The translations under genes and the position numbers were made by a program. 64,000 nucleotides of DNA from a virus, in IMG/VR virus record IMGVR_UViG_3300021180_000006, positions 22,799 to 86,798 of that record; one strand, written 5' to 3'. This document shows, in pieces, positions 1 to 9,482 of this stretch; the first letter of the stretch is position 1, and each line of letters starts with the position of its first letter. The notes under the pieces are model-generated. The model did no database searches. It saw only the letters and a program-made list of their open reading frames with translations, and was not told the DNA's origin.

Positions 1-1
1 C

Positions 2-271
2 CAGCGGGCGATCGACGACGCGGTGGCGGATTGGCCGCAGCGTTTCACGACCGCCAGCCTGCGCCAGGCGATTCACCGGGCAGCCGACAAGGCCGGCGTG
101 CCGCGCTGGAATCCCAACCAGCTCCGCCATGCCAGGGCAACACTATTGCGCAAGCTCAAAGGGATCGAGGCGGCCCGGGTGCAGCTTGGCCACGCCGCGG
201 TCAAGACCACGGAAATCTACGCCGAGCGCGATCTGGAGGCGGCGATGCGCTTGGCACTGGAGTTTGGATGA
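2..271 (+). CDS. Tyrosine recombinase/integrase, C-terminal part (5' partial)
   Basis: NQLRH, LGH and TTEIYA catalytic motifs; frame is open to the window start. Confidence 0.9.
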   Translation, partial: QRAIDDAVADWPQRFTTASLRQAIHRAADKAGVPRWNPNQLRHARATLLRKLKGIEAARVQLGHAAVKTTEIYAERDLEAAMRLALEFG

Positions 272-537
272 ACGAGCCAGATGACATGAGCGACACTGAG
301 AAGAAGGCAATCACGCGAGAATTCATCGATCGGGCGATCCGCGCCATCCGCAGCAGCCCGGATGATCTCCGCGCCAAGGGCTTAGCCGTGGCCGTGCACA
401 ACGATTACCGCGTCGATAACAGGCCGCACACCTTCTGGTTGATGACGGACGATAGTGATGGCGCATTCTTCAAAGGCGAGGGCGAAACCGACGCCGAGGC
501 GCTGGACCAGATTCGGAAACAGGTTGGGGCGTTGTAA
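268..537 (+). CDS. Hypothetical phage protein
   Basis: ATGA overlap with the integrase stop. Confidence 0.7.
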   Translation: MNEPDDMSDTEKKAITREFIDRAIRAIRSSPDDLRAKGLAVAVHNDYRVDNRPHTFWLMTDDSDGAFFKGEGETDAEALDQIRKQVGAL

Positions 538-608
538 GCCATGGGTTCGTTCCGGGCGGGAGAGAAAAGCAATTTTGCTTACGTTGTTGTGAAGATGGAG
601 AAGTTCCA

Positions 609-902
609 ATGAGCATCAAAACCGCCCCGACAACCTCCGCCGGATTCGCCATCCAGTCGCGTCAGTGCGCCACCTGCATCTACCGCAAGGATTTGCCCTG
701 GGACATCAAACGCTTGGAAGGGCAGATCGCCGACCCGAAGATGGCGGGTTTCTTCAAAAGCTATCGCGTCTGTCATCACGCCCGACGACTGACCTGCTGC
801 GCGGGATTCTGGGCGCGGCACAAAAACGATTTCACTTTGGGACAGCTCGCCCAGCGGCTGGGGCTCGTTCGTTTTGTGAAGGACGAAAGCAGGAGCGCAT
901 GA
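609..902 (+). CDS. Hypothetical Cys/His protein
   Basis: CATC, CHH and CC motifs; GGAG upstream. Confidence 0.65.
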   Translation: MSIKTAPTTSAGFAIQSRQCATCIYRKDLPWDIKRLEGQIADPKMAGFFKSYRVCHHARRLTCCAGFWARHKNDFTLGQLAQRLGLVRFVKDESRSA

Positions 903-1927
903 GCACGAATTCATCCATCGAATGGACGCGGGGCGACGACGGGACGCCCGGCTGCACCTGGAACCCGGTGGCGGGCTGCACTCTGAAAAGCCCCGGCTGC
1001 AAGAACTGCTACGCCATGCGGATGGCGGCGCGGCTGGAAGCGATGGGGCAGGAGAAATATGCCGGGCTGACGAAGAAGGTCAACGGGCGTTACGTCTGGA
1101 CGGGGAAGATCCACCTCGATGAAGAATCGCTCTCGGCCCCGCTGGGCTGGAAGAAACCCCGCCGCGTGTTCGTCAACTCGATGAGCGATTTGTTTCACCC
1201 GGACGTGTCGTTCGAGTTCATCGACAAAGTGTTCGCGGTGATGGCGCTTTGCCCACAGCACGCCTTCCAGGTTCTGACGAAACGGCCGGAGCGGATGGCG
1301 CAATACCTCTCAAACGACAATGTGGGGGCGGCGCGTGATGGCGCGACACGGCGGCGAATCGTCTTGGAGATGCACAGATACAACGCTCCGCCAGCCCCTC
1401 AAGAATGGCGAGAGTGCAGCGCCCGAGTGCATTACGGCCACGGTTGGCCCCTCCCCAACATCTGGCTGGGTTGCTCGACCGAGGACCAAACCCGCGCCGA
1501 CGAGCGAATCCCGCACCTGCTCAAATGCCCGGCGGCTGTGCGCTTCCTCTCATGCGAGCCGCTGCTGGGGACGATTGATTTATCGCGATGGTTCTTCACT
1601 TCCAAACCAGCGCCTCCAAGAGAAGCGATTTACGACGACAGGCAGACTTGGGACGAGAGCGGAATTCATTGGGTGATCGTCGGCGGTGAAAGCGGACCCA
1701 ACGCCCGCCCCATGGTCCTGGGCTGGGCCAAAGACATCGTCCGCCAGTGCCAGTCTGCCGGCGTCCCCGTGTTCGTGAAGCAACTCGGCGCCCATCCCGT
1801 CAATCGCGAGGGCCAGCGCTGCCCGAAGATCAAAGACCGCAAAGGGGCCGATCCCGCAGAATGGCCGGCCGAACTTCGCGTGCGAGAATTTCCCCAGGCC
1901 CGAGCCATGCACGAAGGAGCGCCATGA
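899..1927 (+). CDS. DUF5131 (phage Gp37/Gp68) family protein
   Basis: SSIEWT, WNPVAGC..SPGCKNCYA, VFVNSMSDLFH, LSCEPLL, WVIVGGESG. Confidence 0.93.
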   Translation: MSTNSSIEWTRGDDGTPGCTWNPVAGCTLKSPGCKNCYAMRMAARLEAMGQEKYAGLTKKVNGRYVWTGKIHLDEESLSAPLGWKKPRRVFVNSMSDLFHPDVSFEFIDKVFAVMALCPQHAFQVLTKRPERMAQYLSNDNVGAARDGATRRRIVLEMHRYNAPPAPQEWRECSARVHYGHGWPLPNIWLGCSTEDQTRADERIPHLLKCPAAVRFLSCEPLLGTIDLSRWFFTSKPAPPREAIYDDRQTWDESGIHWVIVGGESGPNARPMVLGWAKDIVRQCQSAGVPVFVKQLGAHPVNREGQRCPKIKDRKGADPAEWPAELRVREFPQARAMHEGAP

Positions 1928-2349
1928 GCGAAGATCGATCGACTTCAGATCAACCGACGCCGGCGCAGGAGACCCCGGCGCTAGAAGCTCCGCCGCCGCC
2001 GCGCGCCATGAAGACCGACGACGAACTCAAAGCGCTGGCCCGCGACATCTATCAGGGCAGAGTCTTCACCAGCAGCCATATCGCCGACCCGCGCGACGTG
2101 GGGTTGGTGTTCATGGTGCTTTCGCTCGGTGCGAAAATCCCGCCCGACACCGCGTTCGTCTACGAATATCTGGACAAGGCCGGCGAGCGCAGCATCAACG
2201 GATACCCAACGTTCTTTAGCTGCAAGCTGCTGAACCAGGCCGAAACCGAAAAGCTGATCGGCTATTTCAACGCCATCAAAAACGCGGTCGAACAGGCGAT
2301 ATCACCTGCGCTGTCGCCTGCGCCATCAGCGCCGATCGAGGGCACATGA
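1924..2349 (+). CDS. Hypothetical phage protein
   Basis: AAGGAG SD and ATGA overlap. Confidence 0.7.
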   Translation: MSEDRSTSDQPTPAQETPALEAPPPPRAMKTDDELKALARDIYQGRVFTSSHIADPRDVGLVFMVLSLGAKIPPDTAFVYEYLDKAGERSINGYPTFFSCKLLNQAETEKLIGYFNAIKNAVEQAISPALSPAPSAPIEGT

Positions 2350-2362
2350 AAGGAGAGCAACC

Positions 2363-2695
2363 ATGGGCGGTCAATACCAAGACACGTTGAGCAAAGCGGA
2401 GGCGGCGGGAGACGTTGCCGTCAACGACATCCGGATTCACAAGAGCGGCGATGAGGTCCATCTGCACGATGACCAGGCGGGTTTGAAAGTCGCGGTCCCG
2501 GCGCCGGCGTTCAAAGACCAGCTTGCCAATCTGGACGATCCCGACACGCCCTTCGTCACCTTCAGCGATCCCAAGCTGCACACGACGGCGAAGATCGCCA
2601 AGGACGCCAGCGGCGGCGACGTGACGGTCACGATCGAGAAGACCCGGCCATCGGGCCTGTGGGGCAAGCTGAAAGACTTCGCGGGCAAACTGTGA
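2363..2695 (+). CDS. Hypothetical protein
   Basis: Strong AGGAG SD; coding-like codon use. Confidence 0.75.
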   Translation: MGGQYQDTLSKAEAAGDVAVNDIRIHKSGDEVHLHDDQAGLKVAVPAPAFKDQLANLDDPDTPFVTFSDPKLHTTAKIAKDASGGDVTVTIEKTRPSGLWGKLKDFAGKL

Positions 2696-2706
2696 GGAGG
2701 TCGCCC

Positions 2707-3081
2707 ATGGACCAGCGCTATCAGGAGTTCTATTGCCGGCAAGCCGGCGGCGGCTGTGGGGGATACATCCTGCTGCCGGTGACCAACGCGGGCACATACA
2801 AATTGAAGTTCATCTGCCCCAAGTGCAAACACGTTCACGACCGGGCGGTGTTTAACGGCGAGATCGTCAATCGCACCGTGGCGGACAGCCACACCATCGA
2901 GCTGTTGCCCACGCTCTCCGCCTGGTCGCCCGAGCCGCGGACGCGGAGCATGCGGGCGATGCACCTGCGACGGCTGCGCGCCCACAAACGGGACTGGCTT
3001 CAACAGGGAGCGACCCTCGCCAGCAAACCGCGGCATTTCCTCGACGAATCGTGGTTCAATACCCAGGGAGTTCAAGCATGA
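2707..3081 (+). CDS. Zn-ribbon hypothetical protein
   Basis: CRQAGGGC and CPKC motifs; GAGGAGG SD. Confidence 0.7.
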   Translation: MDQRYQEFYCRQAGGGCGGYILLPVTNAGTYKLKFICPKCKHVHDRAVFNGEIVNRTVADSHTIELLPTLSAWSPEPRTRSMRAMHLRRLRAHKRDWLQQGATLASKPRHFLDESWFNTQGVQA

Positions 3082-3515
3082 GCGCCGCCGTCCCGCGAAC
3101 CAGCAGGGGTGTCACCTGTTTCGGCAACGTCGATGTCCCGGTCCCCGAATCGCTCCGCCTGATCGAAGATGGCCAGAAGCGCCAGCGGAAAAAGGGAGAC
3201 GTGATCTTCTGCATCCTCACGCCGCACGATGGGGACAAGCGGATCGTCTGGAACCGTTTCCGGCTCGATGAGGTCAACGACGCCCGCCAGATGTTCGACG
3301 ATCTTCTGGCCCAGGGGATGATCGCCCACCGCGTCAAGCGCAACGGCGAACCCAGCGCCGAGGTGCTGTCCAGCTTCGATCCGCTCCTGGAGGAGGTGAG
3401 TTTCCTGGACACGGCCGAGGAGCAGCAAACCTTCCCCGGCAGCCGGCTGGCACGCCGAATCGCCGCCGGTGAGGAAGTGGTTTTCCTGCCCCGCAAACAG
3501 ATTGTGGGAGGATGA
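3078..3515 (+). CDS. Hypothetical protein ending in Gly-Gly
   Basis: ATGA-coupled; C-terminus QIVGG. Confidence 0.75.
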   Translation: MSAAVPRTSRGVTCFGNVDVPVPESLRLIEDGQKRQRKKGDVIFCILTPHDGDKRIVWNRFRLDEVNDARQMFDDLLAQGMIAHRVKRNGEPSAEVLSSFDPLLEEVSFLDTAEEQQTFPGSRLARRIAAGEEVVFLPRKQIVGG

Positions 3516-4303
3516 CCATGGCAATCACCATCGATTACGGCGGGATGAGTTGCGGGCAGACGGGTTATGCCGGAGTGTGGGTCGATCTCTGCGATGGGAC
3601 GACCGCCGCTTCCTGTCCGAGCTGGCAGCCGATCGGCACACAGACGCAGATCCTCTACGACAAATACAAGCCGCAGTTCATCAACCCCTACGCCACCAGC
3701 AACGCGATGACCGTCACGATCGGCGGCAATGAGTGTGAACAATGGCTGCGGCAGAACATGCACCTCTGGTATCGCAACTTTTACACGGGAAACTGGACGC
3801 AAACATGGACGCAAATCACCGCTCCGCAGAAAACGCCCGGTGAGCGTCTCCGCGAGATCATCCGCGCCCGCCAGGCCCCGCTGCATCTACCCTCGCACCG
3901 CAAGCTGCTTTTGCCCACCGATGACGCCCGCGAACTCCGCGCCCGCGCCAGCTTCCGCAGAATTGTCGGAGAGCACAACTGGCGCAGCTACTGCGCCCGA
4001 GGTTATGTCTCCGTCCGGGGCAAGAGCGGAAGGGTCTATCAGATTTTCGCCGGCCACGATGTCACCCGCGTCTATGAAGGCGGCCGATTGATCGAGCGCT
4101 TGTGCATCGTGCTTTCGGGGCACTACCCGCCGACCGATTCCATCCTCATGCGCTACGTGATGGTGCTGAGCGACGAGGCGGGATTCTGTAAACAGGCCAA
4201 CCGCACGGTCTGCCACGGTGAAAATCCCGCCGTCGTCAGCGAACGCGAAGTCAAAAACGATCTCCTCACCGAATGGCAGCGGATCAAAGGACGGGCAGCA
4301 TGA
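3512..4303 (+). CDS. Hypothetical phage protein
   Basis: ATGA-coupled; C-terminal domain VRGKSGRVYQI..LCIV..P.TD..DEAGF..AN. Confidence 0.75.
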   Translation: MTMAITIDYGGMSCGQTGYAGVWVDLCDGTTAASCPSWQPIGTQTQILYDKYKPQFINPYATSNAMTVTIGGNECEQWLRQNMHLWYRNFYTGNWTQTWTQITAPQKTPGERLREIIRARQAPLHLPSHRKLLLPTDDARELRARASFRRIVGEHNWRSYCARGYVSVRGKSGRVYQIFAGHDVTRVYEGGRLIERLCIVLSGHYPPTDSILMRYVMVLSDEAGFCKQANRTVCHGENPAVVSEREVKNDLLTEWQRIKGRAA

Positions 4304-4965
4304 TCGAATTCACAGACGGCGAAACCCAAGAACTGAAAAACGCCCAGGAAGGCGCCGATCCCGAGGCCAGGGAACTATTCAGACGGCATTTCGACCGGAG
4401 TAATTATCTTCAAAAGTTGCGCGATCAAAGGGGGATCAGGATCGCGTGGGATATGTGGTCGGTATTGCGTTGGTGGTCGGTTGGCGTCTATTTGGGACGC
4501 CGGGATTTTGCGGCATGGAGGATTGGCGCAGCCGCCATCGAGGCGAGTTGCAGACGGGCCGGCGTCATCCGGTCCGCCGAAGTCGAAGCCGGAAGATTTG
4601 GAGCGGCCGTGGAATCCGCGGTCGGAGAATGCGGAGAATCAGACATGAAGAAGATGAAAACGACAACGGTGCGCGGACAGCGAATCGAAGCTGATGACCT
4701 GGTGGTGGGGCTGATCGACCTGCTGCTTAAAACCGAACGGTCGCTGGAATCGGTGAAGAAGGAACTCGACGCGCATCTGGAAATGATCGCGGAACTCCAG
4801 CCGAAACTGAATCCAGACGGCACGATTACGGTCCTCGCCATGCGGGTCGATGGAGATTCCGCAGACGAGCACCGGGTTACATTGATGCCCATTAAACCCC
4901 TACCTGAAAAGGACAAGAGGCATGAAGAAGATGATGCCCAAGGTGATTTACGCGATGTGGGATAA
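4300..4965 (+). CDS. Hypothetical ORF, possibly chimeric; the real gene may start at 4645
   Basis: Open frame that crosses one copy of the 64-bp repeat. Confidence 0.4.
   Translation: MIEFTDGETQELKNAQEGADPEARELFRRHFDRSNYLQKLRDQRGIRIAWDMWSVLRWWSVGVYLGRRDFAAWRIGAAAIEASCRRAGVIRSAEVEAGRFGAAVESAVGECGESDMKKMKTTTVRGQRIEADDLVVGLIDLLLKTERSLESVKKELDAHLEMIAELQPKLNPDGTITVLAMRVDGDSADEHRVTLMPIKPLPEKDKRHEEDDAQGDLRDVG
4514..4577 (+). repeat. 64-bp perfect direct repeat, copy 1
   Basis: catggaggattggcgc...catccggtccgc identical to 5519-5582. Confidence 0.95.
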
Positions 4966-5128
4966 TGAAGGAACGCGCGACGAGTTTTTGCATACCTCGG
5001 AGGACGCCTCGGAACTAAACGGAATGGACCAATCCTCGAAGGTCGGCGTGTATGAATTCGTCGGCTTCGCTCAGGTGCAGAACGCGACAACGGTGATTCC
5101 GCCGAAATCCAAGCGGGGAAAGCGCTGA
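4922..5128 (+). CDS. Hypothetical protein
   Basis: 68-aa ORF with AGAGG upstream. Confidence 0.55.
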   Translation: MKKMMPKVIYAMWDNEGTRDEFLHTSEDASELNGMDQSSKVGVYEFVGFAQVQNATTVIPPKSKRGKR

Positions 5129-5345
5129 ACTTCAATGACCCCCTCCCTCCGCCAAAACCCCGCCCGCCGCAGTGTGGTGTTTTAACGGAGCCAAGCCACC
5201 AACGGAGCACGAGGCATGACCGACCTGCCAACTCCCATTTCCGAGCGCGGTCCGCCGGGACGCTTCCTCTTTTCTCCGTGGCAGATGGGCCAAACGAGAT
5301 GGGCACACTCTTTAATGGCGGCACCGGAGGCCGCGGACCAGGACA

Positions 5346-5621
5346 ATGCAGATCACCAACGACGACAAGCGCGCAGCCTGCGCGTTACCGGACGAACCGA
5401 CAAGTCTTTTACCCGATGACTACCTGATCGAACGCGAGCAGTGGATCGCCCGATTGGAGTCCATCCACCGGCTCAAGAGAGGAATCTGGCGACGACTTCG
5501 CGACCAGCATGTTCCGCTCATGGAGGATTGGCGCAGCCGCCATCGAGGCGAGTTGCAGACGGGCCGGCGTCATCCGGTCCGCAACGCCGCTTTTAACGTC
5601 GAACCGACCGAAAGGACTTGA
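5346..5621 (+). CDS. Hypothetical protein
   Basis: AGGA SD; contains repeat copy 2. Confidence 0.55.
   Translation: MQITNDDKRAACALPDEPTSLLPDDYLIEREQWIARLESIHRLKRGIWRRLRDQHVPLMEDWRSRHRGELQTGRRHPVRNAAFNVEPTERT
5519..5582 (+). repeat. 64-bp perfect direct repeat, copy 2
   Basis: Identical to 4514-4577. Confidence 0.95.
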
Positions 5622-5624
5622 TCG

Positions 5625-6686
5625 GTGCCACGACGCGCTTCGCCGCAGATCGATTTTCATGCGCTCGATTGGGTCGATGACTCGTTCGAGCTTTGCGGGT
5701 TTCAGTTGCAGATGCGCCTTTTAATGCTCAACCCGGACCGTCCCGGCTACCTGCCGACCCACCGTTGCGCTGACAACGACGAATTCGTGGCCCGAAAATT
5801 CGGGACCGACGTCGCCACGGTCGCAGCCCAGGTTCGCGCACTAAGTCAACGGGGCCTACTGGCGTTCAGCGACACTGGCCTTCTGCACGATCCGCAGATC
5901 CTCGCCCAGTTCATCGGGCAACAGAGGATTGATCGGGATCGAGACGCCGTCGCCGCCCGCGTCCGCCGCCATCGCGAAAACAAAGCGTTACGTAACGCGT
6001 TACATCCACCGTTACGTAACGCGTTACATGCGGCGCAACGTCCCCCGCCCCCTGGCCCTTTCCCCCCCCCCACTCCCCCCTTACCCCAAACCCCTTCCCC
6101 CGAGGTTGCTGCGCAACCTTGCGTCGGCGTTCCGCCGATCGCGGGAAACGCGCAAACGCCAGCCGCGGAAGGGCAAAAGCCGCAAACCAGATCGCGAGCG
6201 GCGATCGGGGCGATGCACCGCAAACTCGATGGCGAGGTGAGCGAATACCGCACGTTGACCGACCACTGGTGTCTGCGCAAGCGCGAGCGGATTCCCGGTT
6301 ATGTCTTCACCAAACGCGACGGCGCAATTTTTGCGCAGATCTGGGAGCGGATCGGCGGCAAGACGGCGGCGCGGCCGGCGGAAAACCAGATGGCGTTGCC
6401 GGTGGGCAAGCTGCTGATCGACCTGTTCTTCGGCGATTCCATGCTCCGCGGCCACGACATCCGCACTCTCGCGCACGATCTGGATCATTATCTCGAACGG
6501 GCCTCGCGCCCGGATGGAGCGAAGCATGTCCTCAATGCCCGAGCAAAACCGACCGCCGCCCAGCGCGGAGAATACGCCAGCGATGTCCCCATCATCGTCC
6601 ACGGCTATGGAGGTCAACGTGCAGCGTCCGAGCCTCAAGGAAAGACTGCGGCGGCTGATCGCGCAAAAGACCGAGCGACCGCCTGA
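5625..6686 (+). CDS. Phage replication initiator (replisome organizer-like)
   Basis: RVRRHRE motif followed by internal repeats and a Pro-rich linker; directly upstream of a DnaC-like ATPase. Confidence 0.75.
   Translation: MPRRASPQIDFHALDWVDDSFELCGFQLQMRLLMLNPDRPGYLPTHRCADNDEFVARKFGTDVATVAAQVRALSQRGLLAFSDTGLLHDPQILAQFIGQQRIDRDRDAVAARVRRHRENKALRNALHPPLRNALHAAQRPPPPGPFPPPTPPLPQTPSPEVAAQPCVGVPPIAGNAQTPAAEGQKPQTRSRAAIGAMHRKLDGEVSEYRTLTDHWCLRKRERIPGYVFTKRDGAIFAQIWERIGGKTAARPAENQMALPVGKLLIDLFFGDSMLRGHDIRTLAHDLDHYLERASRPDGAKHVLNARAKPTAAQRGEYASDVPIIVHGYGGQRAASEPQGKTAAADRAKDRATA
5986..6029. promoter_or_regulatory. Probable replication-origin iterons inside the initiator gene
   Basis: Two copies of cgttacgtaacgcgttacat (5986, 6010), each with the palindrome CGTTACGTAACG; C-rich tract follows. 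Confidence 0.65.
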
Positions 6687-7290
6687 ATCGGATGATCTCC
6701 GTCGCGAGCGCGAAGCCCGGCGGCGCATTGATGCACTGGCCCTGCGGCGCGCCAGCGGTATCGAACAGGAGAAAATGTTTCGCGAGGCCGAACTGCGACA
6801 CCTCGATATCCGGTTGCCGGCGGAATTCCGGGCGCTGGCGGCGCGGCTTCATTCGCTGCTGGACCAGCCGGAATTGATCGCCATTGCCGGCGATCGCGGA
6901 CGCGGCAAGACGTGGCTGGGCTGCGGATTGATAAACGCCTTCTGCGATGCCCTGCGCCCGGCCATCTATCGGCGGACAGCGCGATTCTTCGAGGAGCTTT
7001 CGACCGCAGACTGGTCGGATAAGGAATGGGTCAGACGGAATTACGTGACGCCTGAATTACTGGTGCTGGACGAGGTTCAGGTGCGCGATGCCGATCGGGT
7101 TTGGCAGGACAACGAATTGACGACGTTGATCGACCGCCGCTATGCCCGCTGCTCCGCGACGCTTCTGCTGAGCAACTTCACCCCGGAAATGCTGGCCAAC
7201 AATCTTGGTGAGAGCATTCAGCGCCGGTTGAGCGAATCGGGCGGCACCTGGCCGACGCCGTGGCCCAGGATCAAGGAGATTCTGACGTGA
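6514..7290 (+). CDS. DnaC/IstB-like AAA+ helicase loader (start uncertain, possibly 6607)
   Basis: Walker A GDRGRGKT, Walker B LLVLDE, IDRRY, LLSN. Confidence 0.88.
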   Translation: MERSMSSMPEQNRPPPSAENTPAMSPSSSTAMEVNVQRPSLKERLRRLIAQKTERPPESDDLRREREARRRIDALALRRASGIEQEKMFREAELRHLDIRLPAEFRALAARLHSLLDQPELIAIAGDRGRGKTWLGCGLINAFCDALRPAIYRRTARFFEELSTADWSDKEWVRRNYVTPELLVLDEVQVRDADRVWQDNELTTLIDRRYARCSATLLLSNFTPEMLANNLGESIQRRLSESGGTWPTPWPRIKEILT

Positions 7291-7399
7291 TCAACCTTCG
7301 GCGTCGGTTGCGCCGGACCCGCCGGTGCGTGGGAGGCACTCCCGGTCCCAACCGGTGCTCTCCCGCGTACCCGGCGGCGTTTTTGAAAGGAGTCGCCTC

Positions 7400-7657
7400 A
7401 TGCTAGTCCTTTCCCGACAGCGCGACGAGAAGATCATGATCGGCGACGACATCACCATCACGATCGTCGATATCCGTGGCGACAAGGTGCGCCTGGGCAT
7501 CGAGGCCCCCAAGCACCTGCCGGTCCATCGCCTGGAGGTGTACCTTGAGATTCAGAGAGAAGAACGTCAACGCCAACGCGATGAACGCCAACAACAATCG
7601 TCCGCGCCTCCGACACCGGCGGATGCGCCGCGCGATCCTCCGTCGGGGAGTCCCTGA
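7400..7657 (+). CDS. csrA: Carbon storage regulator CsrA
   Basis: [44 protein letters not shown] signature; AAGGAG SD. Confidence 0.95.
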   Translation: MLVLSRQRDEKIMIGDDITITIVDIRGDKVRLGIEAPKHLPVHRLEVYLEIQREERQRQRDERQQQSSAPPTPADAPRDPPSGSP

Positions 7658-7658
7658 G

Positions 7659-8054
7659 ATGGGCCGGCGCCGCACGCCACACCGTTTCGATCCCGATCTG
7701 TTCAACCGATCCGGTGAACGACTTCCCCGTCCGCTCGATCTGGAGGGCGCGTTCATCTGCCCGCTTCCCAAGAACCCGGCGGAGCAGAAGCAAATCCCGG
7801 CGGTAAAGGCGATCAGGCTGGAGGACAAGCTCTGGGTGGTCGAGAGCGCCGCCTGGCGCAAGGATGGCAGCGTGAAGGCGATCCTGCGAAAGCTCCAGGA
7901 GAGGGGGAGATCAGGGGAGGGGGCGAAAGGGAGAGAAGACGAACCTTGGACCGGGTGCCGGGTGAAGGTCGGGAAGAAGGTGATGGTGATCGGGCCGGTG
8001 GGGGAGAGCAGAAGTGTGGTGTTTTCAAATGCAAAGGAGTCCATCCATGAGTGA
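7659..8054 (+). CDS. Hypothetical protein
   Basis: ORF within the operon; contains a G/A-rich in-frame tract. Confidence 0.55.
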   Translation: MGRRRTPHRFDPDLFNRSGERLPRPLDLEGAFICPLPKNPAEQKQIPAVKAIRLEDKLWVVESAAWRKDGSVKAILRKLQERGRSGEGAKGREDEPWTGCRVKVGKKVMVIGPVGESRSVVFSNAKESIHE

Positions 8055-8258
8055 ATCCGGATTTGGCCGTCGCCCCAGCAGCGTTGCATCGGGCAATTCC
8101 CGCGCCCGCGCCCTCACCTCGCGGGCCGCGGCGCAGCTCGGCGCGGAGCAGTTCAGCGACCAGAAAACCGACCATGAAGCCCATCCCCGGCGCAAGCCCT
8201 ACGCCCCCGAGGACGTGTTCCGCGTCGAGGGAACGGGAATCCGATTCGTGGTGCCATC

Positions 8259-8495
8259 ATGACGAATTCAGGGATCGCCCCGGCCCACGTGAAACGCGAA
8301 CGCGATGCGCGCGGGCTGGAGAATGACACGATCTACCTCACGGAATTCTGGGCAGGCGTCAACCACGACGGGTCGGTCACGATTTGCCGCCAGCGCGAAG
8401 GGGAATCGCACACGGAGCTCATCCACATTCCCCGCCGGGCCTTCGCCAGGATCGTCGAGTGGTATCACAAGCCGCAATCTCGCGCGGAGGACTGA
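8259..8495 (+). CDS. Hypothetical protein
   Basis: ORF within the operon. Confidence 0.55.
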   Translation: MTNSGIAPAHVKRERDARGLENDTIYLTEFWAGVNHDGSVTICRQREGESHTELIHIPRRAFARIVEWYHKPQSRAED

Positions 8496-8849
8496 ATGCT
8501 CTACCGCGAACAGCTCGACTCCCTGCCCTGCGCCCACTGCGGCGAGGTCCATCCCGGTCCGCGCTATCTCCATGCCCAGTGCCATCCCCAAGCCGGCGTC
8601 CGCGTCGTCCTGGTCATGCACAATCAGCGCGCCCGAATCGAGTGCGCCCAGTGCGGACGGGGCGTGGCCGAGATCGGCGTGTCTTTTGCAGGCGCGACGG
8701 TGGCCGTGCTGCCGCAATGTCATCGGCGCTCGCCCCATGAAGCGCGCTACGAGGACGGGACACTGCACGTCGTCTGCCACGTCTGCAAAAGCGAACTGGC
8801 CAAGTTGCCGGTAAGGTCGATTCGGACGCGGGCGCTGGAGGAAACGTGA
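8496..8849 (+). CDS. Zn-finger hypothetical protein
   Basis: CAHC, CAQC and CHVC motifs; internal duplication; GGAGG SD. Confidence 0.7.
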   Translation: MLYREQLDSLPCAHCGEVHPGPRYLHAQCHPQAGVRVVLVMHNQRARIECAQCGRGVAEIGVSFAGATVAVLPQCHRRSPHEARYEDGTLHVVCHVCKSELAKLPVRSIRTRALEET

Positions 8850-9073
8850 ACGAGAAGAAATACATCGCGATCGTCATCGGCCTGCGCGTGGAGATCACCA
8901 AGGCGCTGCCGCGCAGGACGAAGAAGCGGTTGACGCGATCGCAGAAGTTCCTGTTGTCGGCCGCCGGGCGGGGCGCGGGCTGCGAGCTGGACGTTTCCCA
9001 CATGGCGGACCTGGCGACGTGTCTGGAGCAGATCGAATCCATCATCCGCCGGGCGCGGGCGACCGTTCGATGA
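8846..9073 (+). CDS. Hypothetical protein
   Basis: GTGA-coupled ORF. Confidence 0.55.
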   Translation: MNEKKYIAIVIGLRVEITKALPRRTKKRLTRSQKFLLSAAGRGAGCELDVSHMADLATCLEQIESIIRRARATVR

Positions 9074-9390
9074 CGCCGAAGTATCCCATCCCGCTCGATG
9101 AAGCGCTGCGCCGGCTGGCCGATGGCGATCCCGTGGAATGCATGTTTCAGCCCCATGTCGGCAACGTCAACGAGATTCGGCGCTGCACCCGCCAATTGGC
9201 GATCCGCACGCTCTCCCGCTGGCGATGGATCGAGGAATCCGGGCCGGAGGCGCAGGCGATGGACTTCGGGATTCACGTCACCGGTTACTTTGAAGTGTTC
9301 GGAGCCGGATTGCTCTTTTTCAAAACGAAACCGGAACGCCGCGTGAGCGAAGCGCGATTACGGGCGCGGGAAGCGGCGGAGGAATCCTGA
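9070..9390 (+). CDS. Hypothetical protein, last gene of the plus arm
   Basis: ATGA-coupled ORF. Confidence 0.6.
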   Translation: MTPKYPIPLDEALRRLADGDPVECMFQPHVGNVNEIRRCTRQLAIRTLSRWRWIEESGPEAQAMDFGIHVTGYFEVFGAGLLFFKTKPERRVSEARLRAREAAEES

Positions 9391-9397
9391 ATGCATG

Positions 9398-9427
9398 AAA
9401 AAACCGGAGCGCCACAAAGCGCCCCGG
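9398..9427 (-). terminator. Rho-independent terminator of the late (minus) arm
   Basis: Minus strand reads CCGGGGCGC-TTTGTG-GCGCTCCGG-TTTTTT, between convergent arms. Confidence 0.75.
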
Positions 9428-9482
9428 CGTCTTTCAGGAAACCCCCAACCCCGAATCGGGGGCTGGGAGATGGGATTGTATC

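Noticed and set aside
1-600. Prophage att site next to the integrase
   Set aside because: Phage genes continue in translational coupling after the integrase; no att core or tRNA is visible
4514-5582. 64-bp repeats as a DGR template/variable pair
   Set aside because: The copies are identical with no adenine-specific mismatches, and there is no reverse transcriptase in the window
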